Below, piece by piece: positions 35,301-46,800 of a stretch of DNA of 64,000 nucleotides (positions are counted from its first letter, which is position 1; each line of letters begins with the position of its first letter). This stretch comes from Podarcis pityusensis. Lineage: Eukaryota. Position numbers and translations under genes: made by a program. The stretch lies in NCBI GenBank assembly GCA_964106645.2, contig OZ067039.1; one strand, given 5' to 3'. The notes beneath the pieces are model-generated. The model searched no databases. It was given only the letters and a program-made list of their open reading frames with translations, and was not told the DNA's origin.

Positions 35301-37341
35301 TAAAATATTTGAAACACCATTCCATTCAAGCCAAGAGCAGTATTGGAAAGTCAGCTTAATTACCATTCTTGTAGCTGACCTGGAAAATACAGCTGTTCTG
35401 TTTGTCCCCCATCCATGGACTAATCTCCTCCTGACGTAGGTATTTTTGCGGCAGACCTACAAACCTCCAATAAGGGAAGTTCAAAAATGGACATTATGTA
35501 CTCCTCTCTCTCCCCCCCCCTCTCTCTCTCACACATCTTTTAAGAAGTGTGATCTAAAACAAGGTCATGTTGTGATTCTATTATTTTTAAAAACACAAAT
35601 GTAACAGCTGTAACATTCGTATAATGACATAAATTCCTAAGCGTGCCTGCATTTGTGCACTAGATTTGGCAACAGCACAATAAATGCACTTGCAGTGTCA
35701 TAATGCATGCACTAAACAAGAATAGAGACTATAGAAACTAATTCCACATAAAGCTTTCCTGCTTTTTCAAAAACTGGTCTATAAAAAAATGTTGAGAACT
35801 GACTGTCTCTTAAAATTGCTTTTTCTCCCATGCTGTAAACCTCCCTGTGATGAAATATACTAATCTATCAATTCATCTAATATAATATTTGGGGGTATGG
35901 GGGGCACATATGCCTGTGTTCTCTGCAGCATTTCAGCACTGTGTAGTGAGGTGGGCGGGGGGAGCCCTCCTAAATGAATTCTTAAAATCACAAGCAGGAA
36001 ACATGGGTACAAAGAAGATATTAAGGGCAAAGCCTTTTCCTCTATAGTCACTGCCAGCTGCCTGGGTAATGATTTTGGGTGTTCTTAGCTCAGGGAGGCA
36101 ACAAAGAATCAAAAATATGCAAGTTGCATTGCACCCAGTACCTCTTATAATGAGCTCCTGACACTTAAATGAACAAATGCACATTTAAACATCATAGTTT
36201 CCTATGAGGTCTATATTCAGGATTAACACATGATTTAACACTGCTTTCTGCAACATAGAAGATGGATGGCTAATGTGTTACTCTTTAATTATAAAAATGC
36301 AAATAAAACATAAATGATCCTTAAGTTGCTTCCAGAATTAATGCTTAGCACCAACACATTTTTAACAGCAGCAGCAAAGATTTTGCCAACATGAAACTTT
36401 GAAGTGTGCAGTGCAGTTCATTTTCAGTGCTAAAGGTAGTCAAGTGTTTTAAAAGTTAAAATTTAATTTTCCCTAGTGCCAGTTATTTCTGCAGAAGGTG
36501 GAGAGAACTCAGCATGTCCTCATTGCGTCTCAATCCTAGAATCAAGCCTTTTAAGATTGTTTTTGATGTAGAAATGTATTTTTAAAAGTCTGTTGATAAA
36601 ATATACCTTGTGTCTGCCATTAAATGCCAAGTGATAACAACAACAGCCAAATTTAGAATTTCTGTTCCAATGTCTCTGGGAGATATATACTAAAGCAACA
36701 GGGACAGAACCTCATCCATGCAGCAAGCTACCTCATTCTCAAATAAGCATGCACAGGATTGCACACTAAATTTGTTCACCTTTCAATAACAAGCCACGCA
36801 AATAAAAAGCGACAAAACTTCTAAATATCTAAATAGTCTGGGTTGTATTAAGGAGCCAGATAAACAAAAATACAGAGTGACTGCTTACTATAATTTATGC
36901 TGTAAAAGTCACATGCTTTGCCCTATGGGGGGGGGACCTTTTGTTCAAAAAGCCAGTGTATTGGGCAAAGCTAGGGACATTATTGATGAATTGCTGCAAC
37001 TAAAAGGCCGAATTTAAAAGTAGGCAGGTGTTAGCACTGAGCTATTACATCCTACATAGGAGTGGGTGTGCAGAATAATACTTGGCAGAGTGACCAATGT
37101 GATATGTCTGGAACACAGCTATCAAATCAGCCGTTTCCTTTTATTCAACGTTACAGTATATTTTTATAAACATGTTGACTTGTTTCCCCCCCCCCCATAG
37201 GTTAAAGCTGTTTACATCTACCCCGAAATGTTCTCTGTACAAAATGGTTTGTTGACACCTACGTTAAAAGCTAGGAGACCGGAGCTGAGAGAATTTTTCA
37301 AGAAACAGATAGAAGAGCTTTATTCAAGCATCTCCATCTGA
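3010..37341 (+). CDS. ACSL6: Long-chain-fatty-acid--CoA ligase 6, spliced CDS of 698 aa (20 coding exons, using either the F-gate or the Y-gate exon)
   Basis: Exons join in frame with GT-AG ends: 3010-3204, 5585-5699, 6629-6693, 8330-8431, 8528-8627, 10177-10355, 10949-10981, 12365-12416, 16422-16495, (19409-19486 or 19550-19627), 21562-21696, 23793-23927, 26032-26127, 27520-27592, 28715-28803, 30484-30600, 31604-31747, 32524-32625, 34995-35066, 37201-37341; total 2097 nt. Motifs: [15 protein letters not shown]-terminus, FTSGTTGNPKG P-loop, [39 protein letters not shown]. Confidence 0.97.
4357..4396. repeat. (AAT)n microsatellite
   Basis: Read directly from the sequence. Confidence 0.9.
5585..5699 (+). 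CDS. ACSL6: ACSL6 exon ([11 protein letters not shown]...[19 protein letters not shown])
   Basis: 115 nt, AG/GT bounded, phase 0 to 1. Confidence 0.95.
6629..6693 (+). CDS. ACSL6: ACSL6 exon ([21 protein letters not shown])
   Basis: 65 nt, AG/GT bounded. Confidence 0.95.
7506..7806 (-). mobile_element. 5'-truncated L1/Tx1-clade LINE with an (AT)n tail and a 17-bp TSD
   Basis: TSD TTCACAGTAAACAACTC at 7489-7505 and 7807-7823. The - strand 7804-7640 reads [54 protein letters not shown], resembling squamate L1 ORF2 C-termini. Confidence 0.8.
7827..8180 (+). mobile_element. Full-length Sauria SINE (BovB-mobilised)
   Basis: tRNA-like head with A/B boxes (GGTGCTGTGG...GGTTCAAATCC), diagnostic body GCAAGTAGATAAATAGGTACC, (ACCTTT)n tail, and 13-bp TSD TAAACAACTCTTT at 7814-7826 and 8181-8193. 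Confidence 0.92.
8330..8431 (+). CDS. ACSL6: ACSL6 exon ([11 protein letters not shown]...FAQNRPE)
   Basis: 102 nt, AG/GT bounded. Confidence 0.95.
8528..8627 (+). CDS. ACSL6: ACSL6 exon ([33 protein letters not shown])
   Basis: 100 nt, preceded by a 96-nt intron. Confidence 0.96.
10177..10355 (+). CDS. ACSL6: ACSL6 exon ([13 protein letters not shown]...MQEVE)
   Basis: 179 nt, AG/GT bounded. Confidence 0.95.
10466..10499. repeat. (GT)n microsatellite
   Basis: Read directly from the sequence. Confidence 0.95.
10949..10981 (+). CDS. ACSL6: ACSL6 33-nt exon ([11 protein letters not shown])
   Basis: ctttcAG|GAC...GTA|GTGAGT; corresponds to DCGQENHQAPV of mammalian ACSL6. Confidence 0.9.
12365..12416 (+). 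CDS. ACSL6: ACSL6 exon ([17 protein letters not shown]), first half of the AMP-binding P-loop
   Basis: 52 nt, AG/GT bounded. Confidence 0.96.
13551..13987 (-). mobile_element. L2 LINE 3' end with a (TAA)n tail
   Basis: (TAT)n followed by tttataccccgcccatctggctggg..., then the ORF2 C-terminus on the - strand; little decay. Confidence 0.85.
14600..14730 (+). mobile_element. 5S rRNA-derived SINE (SINE3-like) fragment
   Basis: GAAGCTAAGCAAGTCCAGCTCTGGTCAGTGCCTGGCTGGGTGATC resembles the 5S internal control region GAAGCTAAGCAGGGTCGGGCCTGGTTAGTACTTGGATGGGAGACC; ends in an A-rich tail. Confidence 0.6.
16422..16495 (+). CDS. ACSL6: ACSL6 exon ([25 protein letters not shown])
   Basis: 74 nt, AG/GT bounded. 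Confidence 0.96.
18470..18660 (-). mobile_element. tRNA-derived squamate SINE, - strand
   Basis: Reverse complement resembles the copies at 18825-18962 and 33665-33860; another copy lies at about 48560-48730. Confidence 0.65.
18825..18962 (+). mobile_element. tRNA-derived squamate SINE, + strand
   Basis: TAGCCGAGTGGT...TGCATGCAAAAGGTCCTCGGTTCAGTCCCCAGCATCT (A/B boxes). Confidence 0.65.
19409..19486 (+). CDS. ACSL6: ACSL6 mutually exclusive F-gate exon ([26 protein letters not shown])
   Basis: 78 nt, phase 0/0, gate motif D-x4-F-LPLAH-x2-E. Confidence 0.96.
19550..19627 (+). CDS. ACSL6: ACSL6 mutually exclusive Y-gate exon ([26 protein letters not shown])
   Basis: 78 nt, phase 0/0, gate motif D-x4-Y-LPLAH-x2-E; paralogous to the preceding exon. 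Confidence 0.96.
20007..20142. mobile_element. hAT-type palindromic MITE with 8-bp TSD GCCTGAGG
   Basis: TSD at 19999-20006 and 20143-20150; near-perfect inverted arms of about 50 bp. Decayed relatives lie at about 10750, 16190, 32840, 39135, 42160, 43910, 47020, 55520, 57285 and 58820. Confidence 0.85.
21562..21696 (+). CDS. ACSL6: ACSL6 exon ([20 protein letters not shown]...LNRMYDK)
   Basis: 135 nt, AG/GT bounded. Confidence 0.96.
23793..23927 (+). CDS. ACSL6: ACSL6 exon ([21 protein letters not shown]...FFNKIQ)
   Basis: 135 nt, AG/GT bounded. Confidence 0.96.
25245..25870 (-). mobile_element. Terminal-repeat segment of an LTR- or DIRS-like retroelement
   Basis: GC-rich; the - strand has ACCCAATGCCTAAG...ACCAATAAAGTTGTGGCCTG; internal inverted copy of ACCCAATGCCTA; related to 30735-31305. 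Class assignment is uncertain. Confidence 0.5.
26032..26127 (+). CDS. ACSL6: ACSL6 exon ([32 protein letters not shown])
   Basis: 96 nt, AG/GT bounded. Confidence 0.96.
26925..27258. mobile_element. Tc1-mariner/pogo-type MITE with TA TSD
   Basis: TA|CCATATTTTTTGCCCCATAGGACGCA ... TGCATCCTATAGGGCGAAAAATACAG|TA terminal inverted repeats. Confidence 0.85.
27335..27505 (+). mobile_element. CR1 LINE 3' UTR fragment
   Basis: gactagatggacctttggtctgacccag...ttcttatttt tail; a similar copy lies at about 31440-31588. Confidence 0.65.
27520..27592 (+). CDS. ACSL6: ACSL6 exon ([24 protein letters not shown])
   Basis: 73 nt; adenylation motif YGxTE. Confidence 0.96.
28715..28803 (+). CDS. ACSL6: ACSL6 exon ([30 protein letters not shown])
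   Basis: 89 nt, AG/GT bounded. Confidence 0.96.
30484..30600 (+). CDS. ACSL6: ACSL6 exon ([15 protein letters not shown]...[13 protein letters not shown])
   Basis: 117 nt; start of the FACS signature. Confidence 0.96.
30735..31305 (+). mobile_element. LTR- or DIRS-like terminal segment, opposite orientation to 25245-25870
   Basis: ACCCAATGCCTACCCC...ACCAATAGTTGTAGCCTGTTT matches the reverse complement of 25350-25405. Confidence 0.5.
31604..31747 (+). CDS. ACSL6: ACSL6 exon ([29 protein letters not shown]...GDSLQ)
   Basis: 144 nt, AG/GT bounded. Confidence 0.96.
32288..32332. repeat. (AC)n microsatellite
   Basis: Read directly from the sequence. Confidence 0.95.
32524..32625 (+). CDS. ACSL6: ACSL6 exon ([34 protein letters not shown])
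   Basis: 102 nt, AG/GT bounded. Confidence 0.95.
34995..35066 (+). CDS. ACSL6: ACSL6 exon ([24 protein letters not shown])
   Basis: 72 nt, AG/GT bounded. Confidence 0.95.
37201..37341 (+). CDS. ACSL6: ACSL6 last coding exon ([46 protein letters not shown])
   Basis: Acceptor cccccatAG at 37199-37200; TGA at 37339-37341. Confidence 0.96.
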   Translation, partial: VKAVYIYPEMFSVQNGLLTPTLKARRPELREFFKKQIEELYSSISI

Positions 37342-38008
37342 CACCAGGGGAAAGTTCTTCAGAATAATGGACTCTGTAGCAACATTAGGATAATACTGAA
37401 ACGTGAAAAGGGCGCAGTTGAAACGAATAAGCATCTGACCTTCCACACGAGCCTTCTGTTGTCGGAAGACATCATCACTGAGTAATTCTTTTACCATCTA
37501 GTTCTAGTTCCTCTTGTTGTAATGGATGCTCTTGAAGATTGCTTAAAAACATACTGGACAACCGTTAAGCTACTTTCAATCCCACTCCTTCTGAAAGCCT
37601 TTTACAGACACCTTTGTTATTAATACCTGCAAAAACATAAACAAAGATCCCTTAGCAAACAGGAAAGAAAAGCAGACTGGACCTGCCCATTTTGTATGAC
37701 ACTCCTCTAAGCTCCTGGATGATTCAATAATGTGATAGGGTTTCCAGATGTCTCTCTGTATGGGTACCATTAAGAACTCTTTAGAAGCAAGCAGTTCCCA
37801 GGTTGCACATCATGCACACACCTTCCTTAGCATGGTACGGCACCTTCCTTCGTGTGGTGTAGCTTCACCCTTGGCTGCTACTGCGTGCATATGTGGCCAA
37901 GAACTCCTCACTGCAACTGAGCTCTTAAAAGTACCAGGGTCCCACTCAGCGAGATATCTGACAAAGACTAGTGGTCTACCTCAATGTTCTTGGATGCTCA
38001 AAGCCAGA

Positions 38009-38014
38009 AATAAA
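38009..38014 (+). terminator. Candidate proximal polyadenylation signal of ACSL6 (AATAAA)
   Basis: AATAAA about 670 nt after the stop, with T/GT-rich sequence downstream. Other hexamers occur near 38780 and 47972; usage is unknown. Confidence 0.3.
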
Positions 38015-39284
38015 TCTGTTACCCTGATGTAGAACTTAAAACTGGAATTGTTTAATCGTTCTTTAAGTGGTAGCACTTATGCTTTCCCTGCAAGACATAA
38101 ATTGAATTCACCTTGTGCGAGCCATTCACGAAAAGAACAGAAGGGAGGAAGAGTTTGGATTTCATATGTATGGAAGTAGGAAGAGCTTTGGATTTCATGC
38201 CTACTTAATACAGTGTAGTGGCACATGCTGGGTAAATACTAACCTGTAATTGCCAGAAATGTCAGAAATGTTACAGGCCCTGGAATTTTTTGTATTTCTT
38301 GTGTCTTGGATGTTTCTGAAATTAGCAAGGGATCTCTGTGGGCTGCTCCTTTTAAAGAACTGACTGCCTTGTGTTGTGGCAGCTACCTGACAGCAACTTG
38401 CAAAACAGAAGGGTAGTTGGTATAAACATGCTGCCTAATTTTGCAGCTTCCACTCCCCACCACCCCAGTGGATTCCAAATAGAATAGGATTTTGAGTCAG
38501 AGCTTTCCCTTTGCAGCACTTTATAGCAGTGCACTTCAGGAGAACTGAGCTGGCTTTAAATAATTTAAAGAGGATGCAGAGTCTTAACAAACAGCTGTTT
38601 GGCCACATCATCTGACTTTAAAGCAGCTTCTTCCAGCTTCTTCTTCCACCAGGCTAGCTTCTACTCCAAGTCCCCACCTCTTATTCTCATGCATTCCGAA
38701 AGCAAGCACTTCTAAGCAAATAGCAGTAAAGGCTTCACTCCCTTGACAATGGCCTTGAGAGGGATTCACTTGACTGAATAATAAAAATAAATGTAGAAAA
38801 AGAGCCTGTTCCCATATTTTTTTAGGCCAACACCTTAGAAATTTCCCTAAACAAATAAATGTTTCAGTGGAGAAACTAACGCTTGCTCTGGAGAACCTGC
38901 ACAAGCCTTCTTATGATGCCCAGGAATTGCAAGTAGATCAGGGATGAGAACAAGCCAGGTGGTGCTGGACACCCAATGCCCCATCCACCAGCACATCCAG
39001 TAGTCAGAGCTGATAGGACTTGCTGAAGTTCCCTCTCTCTTATGCAACTACTAAAGGTGCAGGGGCCATGTCCCCTTCTGCATCTGACTACCTTAAATAT
39101 AGTTTTCTGCTCTGAAGTAGTCATTTGATTCAAGGGTTGGGTAACCTGCTGCTGGGCTTAAACTCCATTCACACCTGACAGCTGACCATGCTGGGTGAGG
39201 CTGATGGGACTCAGGAGTTCAACACCATCTGGAGGGCAACAGGTTCCCTACCCTGGCATAGTTAGTACTAGTACCTGCATACAG

Positions 39285-39760
39285 GAGGACACAAGAAGAT
39301 CTCTGCTGGATCAAACCTAAACCCAGTCTACTCCACCATTCTGTTTCTACAGTGGCCTGCCAGGTGTTCATGGGAATCCTGCAACATGAGTGTAGCAGCA
39401 CCATTCCTACTTGTATTCCTAACACTGGCAGTAGATCATATCTATCAATATAAGTAGCCATTGAAAGCTTTACCCTCCATGAATTTGTCTCTCTTTTAAA
39501 GCCATCCAAGCTGGTGGCCATCAATATCTTGCGGTAGTGAATTCCACAATTTAACTATGCACAAAAATAGTATTTCCTGAAACTTCCAACATTCAACTTC
39601 ATCGAAGTTCTATATATACTTTCTGCACATCATGCATAATTTCATACACCTCTGTTATGGATGCATGTTTGCCAATTCCCCAAACTAGAAAGCCCTAAAT
39701 ATTGGGATCTTTCCTTATAAGGGAGTGTATTGTTTTGGTTGGCCCTTCCTGCACAACTGT
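39285..39760 (-). mobile_element. CR1 LINE 3' fragment
   Basis: The - strand reads MATSLDGFKR (CR1 ORF2 C-terminus) followed by the CR1 3' UTR. Confidence 0.75.
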
Positions 39761-42524
39761 TCCTCAGTGGTGGCTGTGGCAGGGTTAGGTGAATGTCTGA
39801 GTTCAAATGCCATAGCTATATGAACACAGCCATAGAACCAAATCCAGTGCTAACAGATTACGTGGCTTTCTTGAAACTGTCTCCCCAGACGTAGTTCAGA
39901 TTTTCTAAAGTTGTCAACACACAGCACCTAGCATGGAGAAAGAAGCTTGTGACCATATTAATACAGGAGCTGCTTCTGATGTAGATCAGCATGAGTGGAA
40001 AAGCTGAAAGGTGGTGAATAGGATGGCAAGGTTCAAAAGAAGGCTTTCTGTATAGAAGAGGGAATTTTAGCATCTGCAGTCTGCATGACACCTGCTGAAT
40101 TTCCCCATATATATCACTATTCAAGGAGCGGTAACTTGTCTTTTTTGCACCTGGAGCTCCCTAATGTTACTTTTTCCATGAGGAAACCTGGGAGGTTTTA
40201 GGACATCTGAACTATCCATGAGACATCAAGAAGTCTTGGGCTTGTTTGAGTTGAAGTAGACCTACTATCTCCATATCATCTTACCAATAACTATGGTGTT
40301 AAATGATTTATCCACATGGAGCTGCTAAATCAGTCAAGTTGAAGGGTGACCAAAGTGAACTTAAGATTGCAAGATTTTTTTTTACAAATTAGAGAGACGG
40401 CGAATTAATGAGCAATTATGCTGAGCCTGGTTAATTAATGTCTGTTCTGAACAAACTGTTAAGATTTCAAAAGTGACTGCACTTTTGAAGTAGTACTTCC
40501 AGTACAAAAAGTACTTCTTTTGTAGTTTTCAAATGCCTGTTCTGATTTCTTGATAGCCCAGCTACAAAGGTTTCACTTTATGCTTAAACTTACCTGATTA
40601 TCCAGGTTCTATCAGTGCAAAAGCAGAATTAAAGCCAGTAATTTAGGCTTCACTGTCTGGGCATAAGTCTCACTGAACTCAATGGGACTAACTTCTAGTA
40701 GCTATGTATAGACTGCACTGTTAGATCCACACTTGAATACTAGGCTGCAATTTTACAGCAGATAATGACACCACGTACTTTTCATATTCATTGGAGGAGG
40801 AAGGTACACAAGTTTGTTGTGTGTGTTCTTTTCATTTAGGTTAAGGCATTGCTTGGGAATGATTTTCTAAATGCTTACTTCCCTGAGCTGTAAACACTGG
40901 AGAAAACTGGCCCACAGATTAAAAGCAGGTCTATATGAAAATGAGGATTTGTAGTTGGCACTGGCTCTAAAATTCTCTCATGGCCCCAATTTACAATCTA
41001 CAAAGGTTACTTAGATATTTATTGAACTTTTACTTGAAGCAGTACATAGGAACATATTGGGCAGGATCCAGCCAAAGCCCCTTGGGTATGATCCAGCCAC
41101 CATTCTCTTTGATTTCAGTTAGACAAGCATTTTCTTAAATCTTAGATATTTTCTAGTGAAACCAAGAGTTCTTAAAATGATTAACACTGGTTGGCTCTAG
41201 CATATTTTTCTTAAAGAAAAAAATTCAATTGTGCATTTCCCTTCATTGAGGAATTGCAATTCCTTAAACCATCATAAGGAAAATCCCAGTAATCACAATT
41301 GCTCACTCTAGTGCCTAAGTTGTGAATGTTGTTCAATATACACAAACCCACACAAGTTTGCTGCAGAAAAAGGAGCCAAGCTACGGCTTGGCCCTATATG
41401 CTTGCTAAACATTGCAAGATGTATTACACCGCAGTTAGGCAAATAGGACAAACACTATGGCCTAGGGACAGATTGCTATCTGCCTGTCGTTTGCAATGGA
41501 TATCTGTCTCTGGATTCAAAGACTACTAGGGAGTATGCATCCTTGAACTTTAGGTGCCCTTTATATGATATGACGGTAGCATGAGAGCCACTTACTCCTG
41601 GCTTTATGCCACATTCATGTTGCAACATTTAAGAGCCTGGCAGCACTTGAGTTAAGCATCATACAGGTCCTTCCCACCCAATCATCACCCTTTTACCTCA
41701 CCTATGAAACAAGTACATTAGAAGAACCCATTGCTGCTGTGCTGGTTGCCCACATGGCCATGTGCTTTTAAAAGTTATAAAGGCAAAATATAGTGCCATA
41801 ATTGTAATGAATGAATGTGGTTCCTACATTGTACCCAGAATACAAGAAGGACACCTTACCAAGTAAACATGCATACCCTGAGCTGTCAGTACTTAAAGAA
41901 AAACATATAAAAGCATAAATCAGAAAACGAACTAGGTTTAAATAAATTGTAAGTTTTCCTATATCAGCAAATGTGCATATGCCAGTTTAGGATATGCACT
42001 ATTACACCAGTACTATTACACTATTACACTGTTCCCGCACCAAAGGCTATTGCTTGTGGTGTGGGAATATTATTTCCTATCAGAGTTTTTTGTACTAGCA
42101 CTAGTACCTGATCCTAAAAAGATAATGTAATATATGGGAGGTAGACAAAGTGCTGCCCTACAGGTATTGATGTATTATGAGCTCCATCATCTCTGATCAC
42201 TGGTTGTGCTTGCTGGTACTCAAGTGGAGGTGCATCAATGTCTGGAGGGCAACAGATTGGCACAATGACACCTGCATGATGTTACGCCAGCAGGAAAGAT
42301 CAACACCCCAGCCAGTTAAAATCAGAGTTCATGGCCATCATGACATGCTAGTCAAAACAGAGTCAACAAGATTTGGCCAGCCAATCCAGGATTTTGTATA
42401 TACTCTGAATCGGATTGCAAACTACAGTGAAATTAATAGGTCAATTTATCATCAAAAGCACTAGAATTAAACCAAGACAAGTTCAGAATACATAATAATG
42501 GGATTTATCTATTTGTTACACACC

Positions 42525-43800
42525 CATTCTATGAGCCCATTCTGCTGCTGACAGTCTTGGGTGATACTGATGATATAGATCTTGCTTCAGTCAAACACCA
42601 AGACGGCCTTGGCTGCTGATTTATGCTGAGAAAAGGGACAGGGGATTGTGACCCAGGATCTCTTGGTGGATTTTGCAACCATCTGGAATCCAGTATCCAA
42701 CTGGACAGGCTCTCTCCACTGGAGGTTGGATGCACTGTACTATACTTCACTCCTACTTTGATGATCAGTTCCAGAAGGTGGCATTTGCATTATGGGGCCC
42801 TGTGGTATTTACACAATGGGGTCCCCATGTTTCCATCTTGTCCTCTATTTTCCTAAATACATACATGAACATAGCAACACCATTCAGGGATTTAAGAGTG
42901 AGGTGCTGCCAGCAAACTGATGTCATAGAGCTCCACTTCCAGACGAAGCAATGGAGGTGCTGAATTGGTATGGATCATTCACTGGCTCCAGACAAGAAAG
43001 AGGTGAATGGTTTGTCTGAGCACAGAAGTGCTGTTGAACCAGTTCTGGGTGGAGTTTCATTCCCTCTAAGGAATCACGTTCATAGTTTGGAAGCAATCAT
43101 CCAACACTATCTCTGGAAGCCTCAGTGTCACCTGTGGCATACAGTGTTCCCAGCTAAGGATGATGTGCTAGTTGCAACTCCTCAACAGAGGTAGCACGGC
43201 CACATTTATGCCCTAGTAACCTCCAGTTTATACTACTACAGTGCATTACAAAGGCTTCTGAAGATTTCTCAAAAATTTCAGCTAGTTCAAAATTCAGTTG
43301 CTTCAGTACTTACTGGGATTGGCCTTATGGAACATATCACTTCTCTTAACTGCCTCTGCTTTGGACACAATTCAAACTGCTGATGGCCACCTTTAAACCC
43401 TTTGATGGCCAATGATCCTGGGTCCATAAAGGGTCACCTTTTCCCACAAAAGTCTGCCCAAAGTTTATTACCACTAGAGATCATTTTAAGAGATCCTCCC
43501 TGTGTCACTTAAGTTAGGTGTGAGCAGAGAGAGGGCTTTCTTTCTTGTGGCACTACATATGTCGAATGTCCTCCCCAGACTGATGTATTCTGCTACCTGT
43601 TGAATACCGTTTTTATTATTTTAATACATGTCCAGTGTAGATTGCTTTAAGTGACATATTATTGGTTCTACTGGTTATTAATATGCACTATTATACTTCT
43701 GTTGATTTGATTTTCTGATTTTTTAAAACTGAGTTTTATTGTATTAGGTATTTTCTTCCGGCTCTTTTTACCTGAAGGCTAGTTTATAAATATTTTTAAT
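42525..43800 (+). mobile_element. Decayed L2 LINE (reverse transcriptase region and C-terminus)
   Basis: Interrupted remnants such as TETVLVAL..DL, cagctagttcaaaat (QLVQN) and agggctttc..gtggca (RAFSVA); a similar piece lies at about 52480-52920. Confidence 0.6.
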
Positions 43801-46800
43801 TAAAATAAAGAAATTTGAGGGCAAGGAAACAAAAATGGTGATCCTCTCCAGTTATCACTCTGCAAGGCAAGACCATCCAAAGACCAGGTGTTTAGGTGGA
43901 CAAAGGAAGACTTCCTCAAGCTAGTGCCCTACAGATGTTTTGGATTACAATTTCCATCAACCCCAGCCAGCATAGTCAGTGGTCAGGGATGAGGGGAGCT
44001 CTAGTCTAAAATGTCTGGAGGGCACCAGGTTGGGGAAGCCTGATCTAGCTCAGCTCAGGTTCTGGTAGGAGGGATGGGAATACTGGTAATGCCCCATGAC
44101 CCTGAGCAGATAAGATGAAGCAAGCTGGTTCTGCATTCCTAGAACTTAACTAAGGAATGCACAGTATTTAAAGATGAGTTGTGTTCTTAGTTATTAGAGG
44201 GAATCTCTGTGTTAGCTGGTTCATACATGCATGTTCATCACTTGATGACTTGTGGTTATTGTGTGAACTGTGTCCACCAGAAAAGCATGGCATTTGATAC
44301 GAGGTGAAGTAAGACAATATGGAGGTTTTGTTCCTGGTCAGTGACATCTATTTTCCACACACGTCATCTCTTCATTTTGGAACCTCATCAAAGTGATAAA
44401 CTTGCATGTGTAAATCTGCGATGGGCTGAACCAGGGCCTAAGTAAGTTATACAAGAAAATTCGGTCATTACTGCAGGTTTAAAATAATATTACATAGTTT
44501 TGTATTATGAATACCTGTTGTTAAAGTCTTCCCCATAAAATATCAAAGAGCCAAAAAGCATATACAAGTGAAATAAAAAGCACTATTAGGACCTATTTAT
44601 TTGACAAATCACTCTGCAGTCAAATGAGGATTTTCAGCGTATCCTGCATGAAAAGAAGCTGCAATTCCTTTACAAACATTTTTGCAGCACATGACTGGTA
44701 ATGACAGTAAAATCTTGTATCTTGTCAATATCTTGGATTTGATTATTATCGCATATATCAAAAAAGCAGCTTCTATATTTTAACACGTTTCTTTTTTTTA
44801 ATGAAACAGATTAACTTGAACATTATAAACTATTGTTTTCCATCTGTGAAAAGCACAAACTGGTGATCTATATGTAAATAAACTATGACATGAATGTAAA
44901 CTTTAAAAGTAATAATACTATTTTTGCATGAAATCTGACAAAGAGATGTACTGGTTCTCACAGAAAACTATGGAAATATTTCATCTAGGGATTATTAGTA
45001 CAATAGACGGAACATTGTTTTCTTTTAAAGTAAACAAGCTTTTGCTAAAACAGAATTTTTCTTGCTTTGTAGAATTTACCAAAATGAAAGCTGGAAGCTT
45101 GGATGCTTTAGAACTAATGCTACCCATGCACTAGTGAGATTCAATCTGCAATCTTATATACGTTTGCCTGGGAGTAAGCCCTGCTGAAAATAAGTGGAGC
45201 AGTTTTATGTAGAATTACAAATTTGGCCTGATAATGGCCCAAATGAGGTCTGCACGCAATGAATCAGGATTAGATATGTTAGGAAAAATCCCCCCTCCCA
45301 CCACTGAACTAGAATGCCTACTCTTTCTGCTGCTACTGGGGAGTTATTCCTGACTACTGTTTTCCCCATAAGAGTTTCTATGCCACAGAAGTATTTATGT
45401 GAAATCTGTCTCTTTGTCCTTAAGAGTACACTGATTAACAGGGACAAAGGAATGAATGTCTTATGAATTTAATTTTTTTGCCCATCAAAGCCTCCCCACG
45501 CCCTTAATACCACTATGGCAGGAGGTGTTGTAAGTTATATGATTGAGCTCTATTTTCAAACCAAAATGAGGTCAAATTGCCAACTGCCTTGTTCATTTCA
45601 TCTCCTTTGGCTTGAATGTGTAGCAGAATTGGCTGGTGTTTTAACTCCAAAAATGCCAGAGGAAAGAGGCATTATAGAGGCATATGTAGTAGGCATGGTG
45701 GTAGGGTGGCCAGGTAATGGTGACTGGTGGGGTTACACACTACTACAACACTCATTCCACTTTAGACAAGGCACTACATCCATGAACTTTGATTTTAAAA
45801 GGACTGCACTAACTACAATGAAAGCTCCCAAAATAGCTACAGCCACTTTTTTAAAAAGCAAAAGAAAAGCGGGACAGCAGTTAGAAAAAGATGGAAGTAA
45901 ATGGCTGGGGAGATTTACCTGAAATCTTGCAAATACTGTAAAGTGAGTAAGCAAATGGCTTTTACTATAGAGAAAATGACTAGTGTGGAAGCATGTACTT
46001 ATTATTATCACTGCAGGTTAATGAGAACCACCACCTCCATACCACCAAAGTACTAGTATTGATAGCTTGATGAACTGAAATGGAGAGGCAGCATTGCTGA
46101 GTGGGGCGCTGAGCATATTCATTCTGCTTTCCTATTTATAGCAGCATCCCTAAGTTCTGCAGAAGTAGTCGATGCTTTTTTTATTTTAAAAAAATGAAGT
46201 TCTGATACTTACATTGATAAAAAGTGCTGTGGGTGGCAGCACAAAATGGCTGCCATGGACAACCAAAAAAGAGGTGATGGTACTCTGTACCAGAGAGTAC
46301 AGAGAGAGAGTACAAAATTATTGCAAGTAGTGAAACTAAGTAGACCAATAGCAGCTCCTGCCAAAATCCTATCTTAAGTTCCAAAAGTTATCCTGGTGTG
46401 GGGGGAGCAGATAATCACTGAAGGTTGATCCCATATGCAATAACACTAAATTAGCCAGAAAGCGCTGTACTAAATGCAAATTCACTAAGATGGCAGTCTC
46501 TGTAAGCAAAAGGTGGCTGCATGTTTAGGCATCAGCAGTCACTAGGAAAGTCAAGACTAAGTACCTGAACTCAAGTATGCAATTCTTCTGCTTTGTGTGT
46601 GTGAGCGCGTGTATGTGTTTTAAGGCCAACAGCTTCAATAACTTGCAAAAAGCCAATTTGGACCTCTGTAGTAAGATGTACATATTTATTTCAATGGGAT
46701 TTGCTTACAAGTAGGTTTTGGGCTTCTTAAAAAGTAGGGGCAGGGGGAGGTTAATTAGCATTACTTAGGTTGCAATCCTGTGCACTTACCTGGAAGTATT

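Noticed and set aside
37339-37485. Stop-codon read-through (TGA-C followed by 47 open codons)
   Set aside because: Context is TGA CAC, not the strong TGA CTAG motif; the extension has no recognisable targeting signal and conservation cannot be assessed here.
45515-45922. 135-aa ORF between the two genes
   Set aside because: No recognisable domain, no convincing exon structure, and no syntenic gene expected here.
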